Positions 13,140-24,379 of a stretch of 64,000 bases of DNA are shown piece by piece (position 1 is the stretch's first letter; every line of letters begins with the position of its first letter). This DNA comes from Anthoceros angustus (Eukaryota; Plantae; Anthocerotophyta): positions 1 through 64,000 of the forward strand of contig VJWM01000304.1 of the NCBI GenBank assembly GCA_010909165.1. The letters are read 5' to 3'. The notes beneath the pieces are model-generated. The model was given only the letters and a program-made list of their open reading frames with translations. It did not search any database and was not told the DNA's origin. Both the position numbers and the translations under genes were made by a program.

Positions 13140-14490
13140 AACAATCGACGGAAGACAACAAGGAGTGGCAAGTGGAGAAGCGGACAGATTTGGTTCGACG
13201 ACGTAAAGGAGGAAAACAGATTCAAAACGGGTCCAACGGCGAAGAGGTCCGGGAAAGTTTACTGAGAGGAAGGTTCGGAAGGCCGAACCGCCAAGAAGGA
13301 GGGCTGGTGCCCTAGTGGGCGCAGTCACGCCCCGTCGCACCGACATGCACGGAGTAAAGTCCTTACTCCACCGAAGACGCAGAGAAGGGTCTTCGCGAGT
13401 TGCGAGCGCCGCAATTTCTGACGGTCGAGCGAGCTTGAGGTGGTGCGCGAGATGTGACAGGCCGAAAGGAGGAAGAGGCGCACAAAGACCAAGGAGGAGC
13501 ATGCATGCATATAGAGAAATCGTCCTTGGCGCCGGAGGAAGAAATCGTCCTTGGCCTTCGGTGGTTGAGGAATTCCAAACGCGTCAAGGGAAAAGGTCCT
13601 TGGCCTTGGACTGTGGGAAATTTCGTCCTGGCCTTTGGGGTGTGGAAAATCCTTCCTCACCCTATATATGTAGAGGGGAGGCCGAGGCCGCTCAAGCCAA
13701 GAATGAAGAACTGGAGGCCAAACTCAAGGAGCTGGAGGGAGGACACATGGAGTAAGGAGCGTGAGGAGCTCATGAAGCAAGCAACGGAGGTGACCAACGG
13801 TGGAAGGAAGAGGTAGCCCACCGAGGAAAATGATGCATGCTGGTCGCCGAAGCAACGCCAGCTGATTATGCATGGCAAGGGATACCGGAGGCATGGAAGA
13901 GAGATGCGCCGAGAATGTCACTTTACGCCTGCTTGAGTGAGGTGACGCTTGAGAGGGATGCGCTATGGTAAGATAGCCTCGTGAGAGTGGCCCGAGGAAT
14001 TTGATGAGATTTGTTTGAAGGGCCGTGGAGATGCAGTCCACTTACATGCTAGGGTCAACAAGTTCGCCAAGGAGATGCGTTCCTTGTTGACAAGGAAGTT
14101 GTTGGGTCCCCACGATGACGATGCGGAAGATTTTGGAAGAACTCCTCAACTCGGAGATTCGGACTTGGAGAGTGAAATGGATGCAAGGCTCAATGTGGGA
14201 GGAGCCAATGGAAGAGGAAGAGATTTCCAGCAGTAGAGTTGGTGGGGTGTCAAGGCAGATGTGAGCCACACCCAACCGCCTGGAGGTAATTGGGCGGGCC
14301 GCAGATGGCTACAGAGAGGCTGCCTCTACAAGAGCGCCTGCAAGAGGGGGTGCCCACCGCCTATCCAACATCGCCGAGACAGTGTGGAGGTTCCCGCGAC
14401 GACGAGTGAAGAGATCCGGACAGGGACGTGCCAAGAGGAGGAAGACGCCCGCCATGCCAACACCCAAGAAGAAGTAGGCAATAGTTGGTA
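13140..14490 (+). pseudogene. LTR(U3)-embedded coiled-coil ORF (3' LTR copy)
   Basis: ORF-track pieces 13315-13755 and 14015-14236 (DAVHLHARVNKFAKEMRSLLTRKLLGPHDDD). Confidence 0.6.
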
Positions 14491-14516
14491 GGGGAGTGAA
14501 TGGGTCATTAAGACCC

Positions 14517-14935
14517 TAGGGGTTAGTGGGGTGCCAAGAGGCCAAGTAGCAAAGTTGGTTAGTGGGATTGTTAGGAGGTAGGTTAAGAACCTTTAAGAGG
14601 CCACCTACTTAAAACCGTAAGCAACCTAGGGGTTAGTGGGATTGTTAGGAGGTAGGTTAAGAACCTTTAAGAGGCCACCTACTTAAAACCGTAAGCAACC
14701 CCACCTACCCCACCGCACTTAATTAATGCTAGGGGTTAGTGGGATTGTTAGGAGGTAGGTTAAGAACCTTTAAGAGGCCACCTACTTAAAACCATAAGCA
14801 ACCCCACCTACCCCACCGACTTAATTAATGCTAGGGGTTAGTGGGATTGTTAGGAGGTAGGTTAAGAACCTTTAAGAGGCCACCTACTTAAAACCGTAAG
14901 CAACCCCACCTACCCCACCACTTAATTAATGCTAG
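14517..14935 (+). repeat. ~102-bp tandem repeat in the 3' LTR (about 4 units)
   Basis: Full units start at about 14628, 14731 and 14833, with partial units upstream. Confidence 0.85.
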
Positions 14936-15952
14936 GGGTTTGGGGAGCTCCTATAAGAGGGGAGGAGCTCCCATAATAAAATGTCATGCCTTGCTCTCCG
15001 ACTGCGGTGTGCTTGTCTTGCTACACAAGCGCGCACCGTGTGAGGGGTGCATGGTGTCCGGTAGGGTCTTGAGGTGCGGTGACTGTGGTGAGGGCGGGCC
15101 CAAACCTTTCTTTTGGAGGTAGCACCGGCGCTCGAGCGGTGAGGGAGCGCATTGTGGTTGCGAACGGTGCATGTGATCGGTAAAGGGAAGACCCTAGCAA
15201 AATCCAAAGACGCGGACCACTTGCGCCCAAATGTCCGGCCTAGGTCCGTGAGGGCAATGCCCTATGATCTCGAGGCGGCCGGGAGGCTGTGAGGGCGCCT
15301 GTATATAGTTAGCTAGGAAGAGTGGAAGAGGTAGATTAGAGAAGAGAGGAGAAGAGAGGAGAAAAGAGAGAAAAGAGAAAAGAAAAGAGAGCGAGAGAGC
15401 GAGAGTGAGAGCGAGAGAGGACGAGAGAGGAGCTAGAGAGGATAGGGAGCAAGAGAGGAGAAGGAAGGAGCAAGAGAGAAAAGAGAAAAGACAAAAAGAG
15501 AAGAGAGGAGGAAGAAACCTAGAAAAGAGAGGGAAGGTGGAATTTCAAGGGTCAGGATAAGAGCTTGAGGGGCGGCCCCAAATTTGTCATGAGAAGGGTC
15601 TTAGGGAGTGTAGGAACTGCTGGTGGGAGGATTGCCCATCAGACGGTGATTTGGGGTCCCCAAGGTCGCCGCAGCAGGTCTCGCGACGAGGTCCGCGCCG
15701 ACGGAGTCATCGCGCGAGGGTAGTGTGACTTACCGAGGGTGGGTCACCGGTGGCGCCGTAGGAGGGGCGCTAGTCACCGGGCCTGTGACGGAGCCGTGAG
15801 AGAGTCGAGAGGCCGGGCCGTGAGGGCGCACCTCCATCCGCAAGTGGAAGGGCTCCCACTCCTTCGTGGAACGAAACCCATCAGACGAACCGATGGGATA
15901 AGTGTGGCCGCCATGTGGCCGAGGGTTCCGGGTCCCGGAACCTCCCACCACA

Positions 15953-17690
15953 CGAGCACCGGCTCGCCTCATCGGACTTATCAATGGCTCACCCATCGAG
16001 CCTCCTGGGTTCCGTGTTTCCTGATGCGCTCCCTTCTACTCCTGTGGCCCTCCTCCTTCCTTCTGGCCGAGGTGCAGAGTGCTTACCTCGCGCACGACCT
16101 TCCCTCAAGGCCCCGCCTCCCTCCACCGCCGCCCGCCCGCCGCTGTCATCAAATGCCCTAGGGTCCCAAAGGGTCAGGCTGCCTCCCCGGCCTCCTCGCC
16201 TCCTTCACGCCCGAAGTCCGGCCCACCGCCGAGGGTGGCGCAAGGCCTCCAGCCTTGAGAGCTCCGCGGTAGTAGGCAAAGTCCGAATCGACTTGTTGAA
16301 TTGCCTCCTCCACATGGGACCGAGCACCTGCTACTTCTCCTCCGCAGGTGCTCCGGCATTGGACGTGTTGTCCACGGATCGCCTCCGCCTCCGCCAGCTC
16401 GCCAATTGAAGCCGGGCAGACTTTGATGCCGCCAAGGCGCCTCCGACACTTCGTAGCCTTTGCTGCCGCTCTCTCGACGGCTCTCCTCCTCCCTTCATCG
16501 CTAGCTCCACCGCCTTGCCGGCCATGGAGCCGCTACCGCCTCCTCGCCTCCCGTGAGACGGCTGACCCTCCTCCTCCAGCTCTCGGCCCGGTTCATCTCA
16601 TCGAGGTCCGCCATTTCCCTTTCCAGCGGGCCGGTGATCTCCTGCCGCTAGCTTCTCCAAATTCCTTCTTTAGCGATGTCCAACTCCTTGATCGCCGCCA
16701 TTCTCCTTCGGCCTTCAAGCCGTGTCGAGACGCTCATCTCCTCGCCAAGTCTTGATTCTCGTTGAGAATCCTGTGTTGTTCGACGCCGCCTTGAGTTGCA
16801 CCTCCGTGGTGTCCTTGCCGCTTTCACTTGAGCCTCGCCTCCTCCTCCTCGCTTGTACCGCACCGAGGTCCCTATTTCGGTGCTGGCCTCCATTTCTTCT
16901 TTCACGGCTCGCCTGCAGCTTGCTCACGCCACCGCTCGGGCCTTAGGCTGCTACCCCCGCCTCCTCCTCCACCGCCTCGATCACGCCGGTAGTGATCCTG
17001 CCGACCTTAGCCGCTTCCGCCTCCTACCGCTTTCACTTGAGCCTCGCCGCTTGGTGTTGGTTCTAGCGCCGCCGGCCAGTCGGGCGTTTCCTCAAGGCTT
17101 CCTCCTCCATTTGGCAGAGGTCTTCACTGCCGTGCTTGGCCTCACAGACGCTCACTGCTCGCATGAAGGGTCTTGGTCCTGCCTGAACCGTTCGACCTCA
17201 CCTCCCACCTGCCCTCGATCGCGCGTGACCCGCCTTCGCCTCGGCCGCCTTACCGCCTCAAGTTCCACCATCCTCCGCCGGGTGGCTCCACTTCTTGGGT
17301 CTTCCGCTGCTGAGGCCCCAGCATACCGTCCATGACGGTAGGCTAGAACGCCATGCTTCTTCCACGGGCCCGGGAGATGCCTGGAAGTCCGGTGGGCGCG
17401 GCATCTCCTCGGTCCATCAAGGATCACAGACTGCAGCCCCGAGCGAGTCCGATCTCTCGGACCTAATCGTGACCCTTAGGTCCCGAAAGTGCGGGTCCCG
17501 AGCGCCTCCTTGGCCCTCTTGGCCGCTAACTCCTTCTCCGCTCTTCGCCTCCTGGGGCTCGGAGGTGGTGAAGGGGTCCGGGAGCTGGCCCTTTTGCCTC
17601 TCCCGGTCAGGAACAGGACAGGCTCTGGGTGGGGCTGCTGCCAGTGGCCCACAAGGTGGACCACCTTGGGGATAATCTGCTAGTCTTCCT
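15953..17690 (-). mobile_element. LTR-like repeat A, proximal part, with coiled-coil ORF remnants on the minus strand
   Basis: The reverse complement is homologous to ~18250-20000 (e.g. 17550-17610 vs 18340-18400); E/R/K-rich translation on the minus strand. Confidence 0.6.
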
Positions 17691-18479
17691 TCACGACCTA
17701 TAGAAGGGGAAACGCGCCGATTGGGGCAGGATAATCTTCGCCCGAATCAACCAGGAGGCCCGAAAGCTGAGAAGCGAGAAGCCACCCCCGTCGGCGTTGT
17801 CGCCGTTCATCATTCATGTGTGGGGGTACATGAACCTCCTGAAGGAGGGGGAAGAGGAGCGGGCGCTACGGAAGGGGCTGACTGCTCTACCAGAGGCGGA
17901 ACGAGAGGGAAGAACGCAGGCGGCTGAGGCCCGTCCGGTCCGGAGCAAGCGGGTCCGGGAGGAGGACAACTGGGAGGGGATTCCATACTCCATACATCTG
18001 GATGGACCCCCTCGCCACCCAGGGAGGTGTGGGAAGACACTCCCGCTTCCCTCCTCTTGGTTCCCCACCGAACACCTCAAGGCAGAGGAGGCAACAAGAA
18101 GGAGTCAAGGCCGAATACCGAAGCTGCCAGCCTGACGCCCCAACAAGGAACCTCGCCGACTCAAGGGAAGCGAAAAGGCGGAAGACAGAGCCTACCAATG
18201 CCACCAGATCAAGACTGTTTCTCGCCTCACCAACCGGGAGGGCGGTGAAGCGGAGGAGGCCGTATGGAGGGCGTAAAGGACGCCCATGGAGCGGGAGGGG
18301 CACCGGCAAGAACTCCCACCCCCGAGTCTGCTCGCTCCCCAACCGGGAGGGGCAAGAGGCTGGCCTGACTCCCTCACCACCTCCGAGCCCCAAGCACGTA
18401 AGAGCTAAAAGGAGCTGAAGTGCCAAGAGGCCAAAGAAGTGGAAGGTCCGGACTGAACACTTAGGACCCGAGGGTCCCG

Positions 18480-19850
18480 ATTGGGTCCGGACGCTGGTTC
18501 CGCCCGCCCGATCGCAGCATGGCGGTCCGGACGATCGGGATGCCCGCACTCCACGACGGATTTTGGTGCCTCCAAAGCCCGTGGAAGAGACATGGCGGGT
18601 TCCGCAAACTGGGATCAGATGTTTTGGGGTCTCAAGGAATGGAGAAGACCCACGAGGTGGAGGCCACCCACTTACCTGGATGGTGGAGCCTGTGGGGTGG
18701 AGGCGCCCAAGCGCCAGAAGAAGGCGGAGTCCCTAGCGGAGATAGAGGAAGAGAAGCGCCAAGGCGTAGAGGGATGTCCGGCCCGGCCCAACAGATCGGG
18801 CTAAGATCCCGTGAATCAGGCGACACCAAGCAAAGCAGGAGGCTCAGGCAAAGGCGAGGACCTTTGCAAATGGCGGGAAGCCTTTCACAAGGAGCTGGAG
18901 GAGGCCCGCAGTGTGCGTAAAGGGCCCGGACTCGCCGACGGCTCGGCGGAACAACACCAAGCCCGAGGCTCAGTGAAGGCGGCAAGAACAGCCGAGTCCG
19001 CGGCGAAGATGGACAGGGATCACTACCGACGGGATCGAAACCAATGGACGGAGACAGCGGGGGTAGCTGCGGCCAACCTGAAGGCCGAGCACGGGGCGGC
19101 GGAGCAGTCACAAGCAAGCCGGGAGGAGGAAAGGGAGGCCAGTGCTCGGGAGATAGAGGATCTCCGAGTACAGCTGAAGGAAGCATAGGAGCGGCGCTAG
19201 GAGCTGGCAGATCGCCGGGACACCCTGGAGCTGCAGCTCCAAGACACGGTTGAGCGGCATGGAGCCCTCCAGGGAGTGATCGCGGACCATGAGCAAGAGA
19301 TAGAGCGGCTCCAACTTTGTTTGAGGACGGAAGAAAGTTGGCGGTGATCCAGGGAGTTGAACATCGCCGAGTTGGAGAAGGAGCTGGGGGAAGTCAGGAG
19401 CCAGGCGGAGATGCCGGACCGCCTGGAGAGGGAGATTGCGCACCTCCAGGCAAAGATGGACGGAGGGGAGAGGGCTCTGAGAGAGGAGCAGAGGCTACTA
19501 GTCCCATCATGGAAGGAGGGAGCGAGCTATGGCTTAAGTTGGCCGAGCTACAACGGCGGCGGGAGGAGGAGCACGACGAGCAGCAACAAAGGCTGCAGGA
19601 GGTGTCGGAGGCGGCCTTGGCGGCCTCAAGGGAGTCTGCCCGGCGAGCCCGGCGATGGAGACGGCCCCAAGGATTTGACAGCCTAGCCACCGGAGCACCT
19701 CTGGAGGAGGGAGTACCGGGTGCTCCGGGCTCATGTGGAAGAGGTAATTCAACAAGTCGATCTGTGACTTTTGCCTATTACCACGCTGAGCTCCTCAAGG
19801 CTCTAGAGGTCCCGCCACTAAGCAGATGGATGGACCTGACGGTCTAAAAG
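18480..19850 (+). pseudogene. Coiled-coil ORF of repeat B (frameshifted), unknown function
   Basis: WREAFHKELEEAR...REIEDLRVQLKEA...IAELEKELGEVRSQAE...LAELQRRREEEHDEQQQRLQEVSEAALAASRESAR. Confidence 0.55.
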
Positions 19851-20139
19851 AGGAGCGAGAGAGGAAGGCCTCGGAGACAGTACGACAACCGGGACCTTGG
19901 GAGCGCTGCTCATGACAAAAGACAGCTGGGAGGAGATCACCGAGGAGCAGGACGTAATGATGCCACCAAGCGCTCGAGGTGTAAGCACTCCGCACCCCAC
20001 CACGAAGGGAAGGGAGGAAGGCCCTGGGGGGGCCATGGAAGGAGCAAGCCAGGGGAACCTGGACCAATGGGAGGGGCCGGTGGTTGAGGATGAACCTTTG
20101 GGGAGTCCATGGGGCGGGCAAGTCCAAGGACCCGCGAGT

Positions 20140-20325
20140 CCGAACCCTGAGGTCCGGACTCCCAAAGAAAGGCCGGATCCCGAGGTCCGGACCCCGGAGT
20201 CGAGACCGGACCCCGAGGTCCGGACTCCAGAAAGGAGACCGGACCCCAAGGACCGGACTCCAGAGAGAAGGCCGGACCCGGAGGTCCGGACTCCAGAGTC
20301 GAGACTGGACCTTGAGGTCCAGACT
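20140..20325 (+). repeat. 33-bp tandem repeat, 5-6 copies (encodes PEVRTPESRPD in ORF 19897-20415)
   Basis: Unit GAGGTCCGGACTCCAGAGTCGAGACCGGACCCC. Confidence 0.9.
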
Positions 20326-21321
20326 CAAGAAGCGAGAGGGAATCACCAACCACCGCCGTACAGTTATCTCATCTTGGAGGGCTTGTTGAACAAGGGCCCA
20401 CCACGGCGGCAGTAGAGGAGGAGAGGAGGACTCAGGAGACTGATCATTGCGCGCCAGCCGTCACGGTGGCTCACGACAGTCTCGAAGTGAAGGGGCCACC
20501 GCCGCGATCATCCGACTGTGCGCGCGCCTGCAGCCAGTAGGGCTAGTTTACCGCCAAATACGAGGCGAACCAGAGCAACCCTCCCGTACCTACCGCACGA
20601 CGGCGAGATAGGCGGAATAGTGGGAAATAGTAGGCGTGTCACAAATTTTGGGCCCAATGAGCTGGCCACCACAATGTAATAGGAGGTAATAAAGACGCCA
20701 AACTTGGGTGCAGTATAAGAGGGCCGGAGTTGCTCTAGTAAAGTATCTTTCTCTTGGGGTGGAAACCGCGTTTCATTGTAGACCCTTGTGCGTCTTTGCT
20801 AATGTGAGTCCTGAGTCACGAGCACGGCCACCCATGCCTCCGCAGAGACTAATCAAGGTCCTCGTGATGGACCCTAACTTGGGTGGTGTGCAGGAGCCGG
20901 ACGGCGTCGTAGACCCCGCTTCTTCCGGGATAAGAGCAAAGGTCGCCTGGGACGGACCGAACGCTGTGAGCTGGGGACTCTCGGAGGTGTGTAGAGCCCG
21001 GACGAGAGGCCCTACGATACGACGAGGAGGTCCTGACTACGAGCTTCCACCCACTCTTCCCCAAGAACGATGAGTGTATTGAGAGCTATGAGGAGGATGT
21101 AACTTCAAGACGAGGAGGAACGGATCGATAGGGTAATGGACGCCGAACGCAGTTCTGGGAAACGCTTGGCTACACCGGCCTCGTCAAAGGATGTTAAGAG
21201 TGGTTAGTCGTAGAATTGTGCACGCGCGCGCTTAAGTCCGAAGCGGTCATTACGTGGGAATGAGAATTGGTTGAAAACGTGCCAAACGGAGCCCATCATT
21301 CTCTTGGGAACAGACCCCTTG

Positions 21322-21683
21322 CCTTCCTTCTCCCTTTTCCTCTTACGCTCTAGCTCCAGTCTGAGCTCTTCGCGAAGTGAGGATGCCACAGTTCGTAGAG
21401 AGAGTTGGCGCTGCCCCAACCTGCACTTTGCCCTCCTTGGATGGCTGCCACCTAGAGACTTCTCAACCCTAGATTGGGTTTCCCATTCCTAAATTCCTAA
21501 TTTTGCCTAAATTACCTATTCCCCTGTCCCCCGAATTAATTACCTTCTAATTAATCCTATTTACCTATTCCCCTGTTGGTGAGCATATATAGTGGATATC
21601 CCCCTTATTCTAATTCCTTCGCCTGAGATCTCGCCACCTCACCACGGTAGTCCGCCTCTTCACCTCTACAAAGCGTGGTGGTA
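21322..21683. repeat. Host repeat, left flank of the Sola2-like insertion (continues at 53743-53930)
   Basis: 21322-21655 matches 55601-55950, and 53747-53900 matches ~55930-56140. Confidence 0.85.
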
Positions 21684-21959
21684 GGGTGTAAGCATGGTTT
21701 GGTGGTACACTTTTGTACCATATGGTTGTGGTACACTTGGTTACTTTTGAGAGATGAGAGAGAGATGAGAGTGATGTGAGATAGTCAAAGTTTCACTAAA
21801 TTAATATTTTTATTCTACTTATACTTATAGTTTTATATCATTGTAGTTGATTATTTTATCTTACGCTTACCTTGTCTACTTTTTACATGTTTGAAGGTCA
21901 ACGACTCTTCGCCGAACGCCTCCGCTTGCTCCCGCCCATCTTCTTACATGTGCCTACGC

Positions 21960-22740
21960 CAACTTTGGCGCGCTGGTCCCGCCTGCTGATGCTCGAGGCC
22001 TGCCGCCGAGGCCCTTTGCCGCCGCTGGTCCCGCCTGCTGATGCTCGAGGCCCTCTCGCCGCTTCTCGAGGCTCTCGCCGGGCCGGAGGCCCTCTCGCCG
22101 CTGGTCCCGCCTGTGCCGCGGGTTCACCTCTGCCGCCGCTGGTCCCGCCTCGTGTCAGGGTCTAGCCCTCTCACTCACTGTGCTCCCTATGTTTCTCCTA
22201 CCAAAATTTATTCCTTGAGAAGGACGGCTAGCCTCAAGGCCGAGAGCTTGGGAGCCGAGAGCGTGGAAGCTTGGGAGCCGAGAGCATGGGAAGCTTGGGA
22301 GCCGAGAGCGTGGAAGCTTGGGAGCCGAGAGCTTGGGAGTCGAGTGTGGGAAGCTTGGGAGTCGAGAGCGTGGAAGCTTCAAGGGAGCTTGGGAGCCGAG
22401 AGCGTGGAAGCTTCAAGGGAGCTTGGGAGCTCAAGGGCGAGAGCGTGGAAGCTTCAAGGAGCTTGGGAGCCTCAAGGCCGAGAGCGTGGGAAACTTGGGA
22501 GCCTGTGGTGCTGGTGCTCCTGCTTGTGCGGGGCCCCGCCGCCGCCGCTGGTCCCGCCTCCCGCCTGCCGCCGCCGCTGGTGTTGCCGCTCTCGCTAGTG
22601 CCGGCACGCCCCGCCGCTGGTGCCGGTGTTTCGCAGTGCCGGTGCCGCCTCCCGCCCGCAAGTTTTGTGCCGCCGCCCCGCACTCGCTAGTGTTGGTGCC
22701 GCTGGTCCCGCCTCCCGCCTCCCGCCTCCCGCCTCAACCT
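21960..22740 (+). repeat. GC-rich repeats (GCCGCTGGTCCCGCC) flanking a ~21-bp tandem array (GAGAGCGTGGAAGCTTGGGAGCC, 22240-22500)
   Basis: Directly visible repeated units. Confidence 0.85.
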
Positions 22741-22809
22741 CGCACTTTGCCCTCTGCTGGTTTGTGCTTTTATTAACATGTTGCTAAAGCTTGTAGATGT
22801 GCTAGCTTG

Positions 22810-23467
22810 AATCGCAGCTCATCATCGCCGCCAAGGGCCATTTGGGTCAACATTGAGGACAAGGTGCTAGGATGCTCGTGATCTATTTATAGTGACATGG
22901 TGGCGCCTCGATGAGGAGATTGTAGGAATGACACGGAATCGGAAGCGTGCTCTAAAGAATGCCGTGACTCGACAAGCCCGTGTGAAAGCCTTGAGGACGA
23001 CCCAAGTGGAAGCGCCCACTTGGTGTTGGCACACCGGAGACTTTGTCCCGCGAGAGGAAGGAGTGAACGTCATGACAAAGATGCTTCAACAGGTCAAGGA
23101 GGCGGAGGCCAAGACGTGTTTGACCTCCGTTTGGTGTAACAGAACGCCGTGAGGCTTACGGTGGAAAGGATCCGAAAAGTTTTCGATAAGGAGTGGAACA
23201 TTGATGACCGATCTTCCATATTTATGGTAAGCGAGCTAGTAGTGGTGGCCAAAAATCCCGAGGTTGATGGCCTTGGGCATCCTAGTGGAGAAAAAAAATG
23301 CACAAGGTGTAAACTGTTAGCCTTCAAACAAGAAGTGATGGGAGGAAAGCCTTGAAGGAGGAGAAGAAGAAGGCCTGGGAGAAGGAGAAGAAAGTGGATG
23401 TCCCGGCAGGAAGAGACCCCGATTCACAAGGTCCCGTAACAAGGTCACAGAAAGGGAAAGGCATGTG
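22810..23467 (+). pseudogene. Unknown Sola2-internal ORF, interrupted by the nested element at 23468 and probably continuing at 32797
   Basis: Consecutive + strand ORF pieces 22892-23152 and 23149-23355. The junction reads plausibly through as ...KGKG|(S)AGLSM. Confidence 0.35.
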
Positions 23468-24379
23468 AACATGCTATTTAGTGAAGGGGGTGATTATTCA
23501 GCATGAGGGTTTTCTGCTCTTTATTTGCCGAAGGGGGTTTTGGATGGGTGTTGAATCCTTTGTTCACCGCTTGTGCTGGAAAAGATGATCGAAAGAAGGG
23601 TGAACACCAACACCGATAGCTTGCTGCTATGTGACATGTGGAGCAATGGTTGTAGTTTACACCTATGCCGACTTTAGAGCCCATTTACAAAAAATGGAGC
23701 ACCATGATCACCGTGAAGATGAGTACATTTGACGATGCCCCACAAACGGGAAAACATGGTCCAACCAATGTCGAACTCTCATATTTCAAGTTTCCCCAGA
23801 GAACGCTTCCATGCGGGGTGGTGGTATGGGTCATAGGAATCCTTCGACATGGAATTCATGGAACAGTCCGCCAGCACCGCCCGCACCGCCTCCCACAATC
23901 CCGAAAGTGATATGTCATCTCCTATCCCTTGGTAGGTTGGAGGAATCGATTTTGAGACAAGAGGGCAGATGTGTGTCACCAACCATCCGACAGATGCTAT
24001 GTATAGTCATGTGACTAGCCGTGATCAAAACAGGAAAGTGGTATGGATGCATTATTAGTGATGCATCGTAAGCCCTAAATGTGCACATGCTCTAAATGTG
24101 CAAATTGTGAAAAGGGTGTCTCGAATGCTAGTGCTTTAGGACTAAAACCGCCCAGACTTGGAGGTGGAGTTTCCATCGGCTAACATCTTGTAGAATATAT
24201 GTGTCGTTTCAAACTTTCCCCAAGGAGAATGGGCTACAATGAACGTCGAATGTGTCTTGCACGGTTTCCCTTCTCAAAAGAAAATGAGGATACTGCGCGC
24301 ACTTTTAACATTCAAGTGCAATCTACTCCTTCTAAATTGACGTCATCTTCGTAGGTTCGGCATCATCACCGTCATCTTC

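Larger units (their letters stand above)
4032..15952 (+). mobile_element. Full-length Ty3/Gypsy LTR retrotransposon, non-chromovirus (Athila-like)
   Basis: Two long direct LTRs, PBS, gag-PR-RT-RH-INT order, PPT, and an approximate 5-bp TSD ccagc (4026-4030) / cgagc (15953-15957). RT reads FMEVFLDDF; the integrase ends ...WMGPYKVEEVYENG...RVNGRKVKKYF with no chromodomain. Confidence 0.93.
13038..15952 (+). repeat. 3' LTR (~2.92 kb)
   Basis: TG...CA ends; matches 4032-6814. Confidence 0.93.
17700..21320 (+). mobile_element. LTR-like repeat B, diverged inverted relative of A
   Basis: Colinear homology to A in the opposite orientation. Order is coiled-coil ORF, 33-bp repeats, TATAAGAGG (~20714), then a terminus truncated a few bp before A's CA end. 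Confidence 0.6.
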
